A stretch of DNA of 47,197 nt, from positions 6,109 to 53,305 of the forward strand of contig CAYXFZ010000003.1 of NCBI GenBank assembly GCA_964464385.1, given 5' to 3'. Both the position numbers and the translations under genes were made by a program. Shown here one piece after another: positions 44,931 to 47,197 of the stretch (within the stretch, counting starts at the first letter, position 1; the number at the start of each line of letters is the position of its first letter). The notes below the pieces were generated by a model, which was given only the letters and a program-made list of their open reading frames with translations, ran no database searches and was not told the DNA's origin. This DNA is from an uncultured Planctomycetales bacterium. Its GTDB lineage: Bacteria; Planctomycetota; UBA1135.

Positions 44931-46008
44931 CGGCTTCGGCGGAGCTGGCCTGCATGGCGGCTCGAAGGCGCACATTTTCCCACGAAGGGGTCCACTGATA
45001 GAGAATCAAGAAAATCAAGACGCCGGTGACGGAAACATAGAGCCAGATGGGCAATGTTTTTTTGGCAAGACGGCGATGCTCTTCGCGGCGATCGCGCAAA
45101 CCAAGAAAGATGGTGCGCAGGGCCAAGAAGGGAACGCACGCCGCCAAAATGGTATGCGTGAGGAGGAAGGCCAGATAGGCTGGCTTCCAGGCGACCGGCC
45201 CGGCAAAGGGAACGGACATTTCCGGAGCGGTGGCGTGATGCCAGATGTAGCCCACGAGGAAGGCGACCGAGCATGCAAATGCGGAAATCATCAGGGCCTT
45301 GTGCAGAGATTCCCGCTTGCGCCGAATGGCAATCCAGCCCAGAATGAGGAGGACGAAGGCAATGCCATTCAGACAGGCGTTCTGGAGGGGAAGTCGCGGC
45401 AAACCCTCGTCGCTGAGCAAGGATTGCATGCGCAACCTCGCCAAGGCGGAATCCAGGGCCGGTGCTTCGTCCTTGTCCAGTCCGGAAAACCAGCCGCGGA
45501 TCCGGCCGGTTTTGTCCACCAAGACAAACTTGGCCGAATGCGAGATGTTGCCTTCATCATCCATCTCTTCGCCGAGGGCGAGTTGGAAGGAGTTGCGGCA
45601 CAAGTCCGCCAAGGCCGATCGGGAGCCTTGGGTTAGGGACCAACGTTCCAGGGGTAAACCCAGAGTGTCGGCGTACTTGCGGAGGATGGGGGGCTGGTCG
45701 TAATCCGGATCCACGGTGAAGGAAACGAAGGCCACATCCGCACCGGCTGGTGTCCGTTCGGCCAGATCCTTCATGGCCAAGGAGAGTCGCTTGCAAATCG
45801 TGGGGCAACGGGTGAAAAAGAAATCGGCGACCCACACTTTGCCGTCCAAAGAAGTGCGCGATACTTCGACCTCGTTCTGATTCTGGAAGGAAAAATCTGC
45901 AATCTGGCCATAGATGGCGAGATCTTGCGATGGAGCTTCGGCGCGTCCGCCACAGGCCCCTAGAAGGATCGACAGCCCAACAAAAACAGCGGCAAGGAAG
46001 CGCGGCAT
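44917..46008 (-). CDS. SCO1/SenC domain fused to a DUF420 (CtaM-like) membrane domain
   Basis: The N-terminal half has lipobox-like LLGAC, CPTIC and a conserved His in ISHSAKFVLVD. The C-terminal half, LNGIAFVLLILGWIAIRRKRESLHKALM...FLLTHTILA...HRRLAKKTLPIWLYVSVTGV, matches the DUF420 pattern. Confidence 0.8.
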   Translation of the reverse strand: MPRFLAAVFVGLSILLGACGGRAEAPSQDLAIYGQIADFSFQNQNEVEVSRTSLDGKVWVADFFFTRCPTICKRLSLAMKDLAERTPAGADVAFVSFTVDPDYDQPPILRKYADTLGLPLERWSLTQGSRSALADLCRNSFQLALGEEMDDEGNISHSAKFVLVDKTGRIRGWFSGLDKDEAPALDSALARLRMQSLLSDEGLPRLPLQNACLNGIAFVLLILGWIAIRRKRESLHKALMISAFACSVAFLVGYIWHHATAPEMSVPFAGPVAWKPAYLAFLLTHTILAACVPFLALRTIFLGLRDRREEHRRLAKKTLPIWLYVSVTGVLIFLILYQWTPSWENVRLRAAMQASSAEADGES

Positions 46009-46048
46009 CGCCCCGGATTGTAGCCCGGTCAGGGCCAGGGAGTGGTGA

Positions 46049-47197
46049 TCAGGCGGCGTTGGACAGGGCCGTATTGTTCAAGATGGCGACCACAACACCC
46101 ATCAAAGAGACCCCGGCAATGATCCCGGCAGCGGCAGGGACCAGGTAGTTGTCGGCCGATGTTTTGTCCTTACGCTTCCAAATTTCGGCAGCAACGGCGC
46201 CCAAAATCATGGAAAGGGCAAAGTTGAAGCCGAAGATCATGCCCATGCCGACACCGGTCGCCGAGGGAAGGGAAGCGCGCACATATTTTGGGGCAAGTCG
46301 CTCAATGGCGACAATGATGCAGCCCACTGCGAGGCCAGCAACAATGAGCTGGAGATGGGCGGGGTGCATATTCTCGAGGCCAAACTCAAAGAGTTCGGCG
46401 ACGGCTTTCCAGCTGACGGCCGCGGGTGCTGGGAAGTCGGGCTGGAGATAGGTCCCATTCTCCAACCATTGGCCGTTGAGGGTGATGGCGTTGGGGACCA
46501 AGAGTCGGAAGCCAATGACTGTGGCAAAGGTGCCGGAAATCACGCCCATAAATTGAGCCAGGAATTGGCGGCGAGGATTGGCGCCCAAGAGGTAGCCTGA
46601 TTTCAAATCAGAAAGCAGGTCGGCCGAGTTGCCCGCGGCATTGGCGGTAATGCTGGCCGTCATCAAGTTGGCCGTCGAGTTTTGCGGAATCAGCCGACCA
46701 TAGGTGAGCTGCATGATCTTGCCGAGTGCCCCTGTCGGCGTGATGTCGGTTTCGCCGGTGGCGCGACAGGCCACCAAGGACAACGCGAAGGTCAAACAGA
46801 CTGCCAAGACCCCAAAGTACCACGGAATTTCAAAATACACTTCGGCCAAGACGACCACCGCAGCGCCGAAAATCAAAACACCCCAAAGGAACCAATCGAT
46901 GGGCACTTCCGTGGCGGCAACTTTGGCCTCGAATTCCTGGTCCTTTTCGTTTCCTGAAGAGGCCGTTCCACCAAACCCACGAAAGGCGCGGAGAATGGTT
47001 TTCCACTGCAAGGCAAATAGCAAAAGGCTGGACGATACCAGAATGGAAACTCCAAACCAGAGGCCGGCTTCTCGCCAGACCGTACCTGGGGTGGTAATTG
47101 CGTATTTGGTTTCTCCGGAAGGGCTGACCCAAGATTCCTGCAGTCCCCATTCACCCAGACCGTAGTAAAGAATGATGCCGCCGAGCAACATGGAAAG
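46049..47197 (-). CDS. OPT-family oligopeptide transporter, C-terminal part; ORF is open to the window end
   Basis: Polytopic, with OPT-like blocks TGETDITPTGALGKIMQL, DLLSDLKSGYLLGANPRRQF and PAPAA..W. The frame stays open upstream of M at 47191, and 380 aa is too short for the family. Confidence 0.75.
   Translation of the reverse strand, partial: LSMLLGGIILYYGLGEWGLQESWVSPSGETKYAITTPGTVWREAGLWFGVSILVSSSLLLFALQWKTILRAFRGFGGTASSGNEKDQEFEAKVAATEVPIDWFLWGVLIFGAAVVVLAEVYFEIPWYFGVLAVCLTFALSLVACRATGETDITPTGALGKIMQLTYGRLIPQNSTANLMTASITANAAGNSADLLSDLKSGYLLGANPRRQFLAQFMGVISGTFATVIGFRLLVPNAITLNGQWLENGTYLQPDFPAPAAVSWKAVAELFEFGLENMHPAHLQLIVAGLAVGCIIVAIERLAPKYVRASLPSATGVGMGMIFGFNFALSMILGAVAAEIWKRKDKTSADNYLVPAAAGIIAGVSLMGVVVAILNNTALSNAA

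Noticed and set aside
1-47197. Search for CRISPR repeats, tRNA/rRNA genes, IS elements, integrases, toxin-antitoxin or defence-system genes, and prophage remnants.
   Set aside because: No direct-repeat arrays, cloverleaf-sized conserved spacers, transposase/recombinase motifs or typical defence domains were seen. Non-coding gaps are too small, except for 24386-24819 and 28256-28461, both discussed above. This is a by-eye assessment; tRNAscan, Infernal and a defence-system HMM scan would be decisive.

Overview
GC-rich (judged by eye, not computed), very gene-dense bacterial chromosomal segment. It holds about 45 CDS, many with overlapping or <=30-nt junctions. I found no rRNA, tRNA, CRISPR array, transposase, integrase or phage-like gene by eye. 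The first 24 kb is core metabolism: an iron/cobalamin-type ABC importer (permease, ATPase, lipoprotein binding protein) with a gmhA-like gene wedged antisense; a DASS/TrkA-C transporter; plsC; the pntAA-pntAB-pntB transhydrogenase; an rRNA-modification gene pair; a COG2509-type flavoprotein; maeB; an FG-GAP propeller protein; a HAL2-type bisphosphate nucleotidase; a mitochondrial-type aconitase; a SatD-like HTH protein; dus; gloA; an SDR; and a djlA-like gene. The last ~21 kb is one respiratory super-locus. sdhCAB is divergent from actA-actB-actC-actD/E(fused)-actF (alternative complex III), a small TM ORF, sco, ctaC (caa3 type), ctaD, ctaE, ctaF and an extra subunit-III-like gene. These are followed convergently by ctaB, ctaA, a membrane-anchored dihaem cytochrome c and an SCO-DUF420 fusion. 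The window ends inside an OPT transporter gene. The gene content suggests a Gram-negative of PVC/FCB-like lineages (ACIII+caa3, lipoboxes, a beta-barrel ending in Phe, few Shine-Dalgarno motifs), but this is inference only. I do not see a convincing stand-alone novel system: there are no defence-island or mobile-element hallmarks. The unusual items are an ~80-aa membrane insertion in CtaD, several fusions in the respiratory locus (ActD-ActE, SCO-DUF420, extended subunit-III paralogue), a tiny Cys-rich lipoprotein beside the SatD-like regulator, a 430-bp patch of apparent gene remnants, extremely tight divergent gene pairs, and G9/G10 homopolymers inside coding regions.
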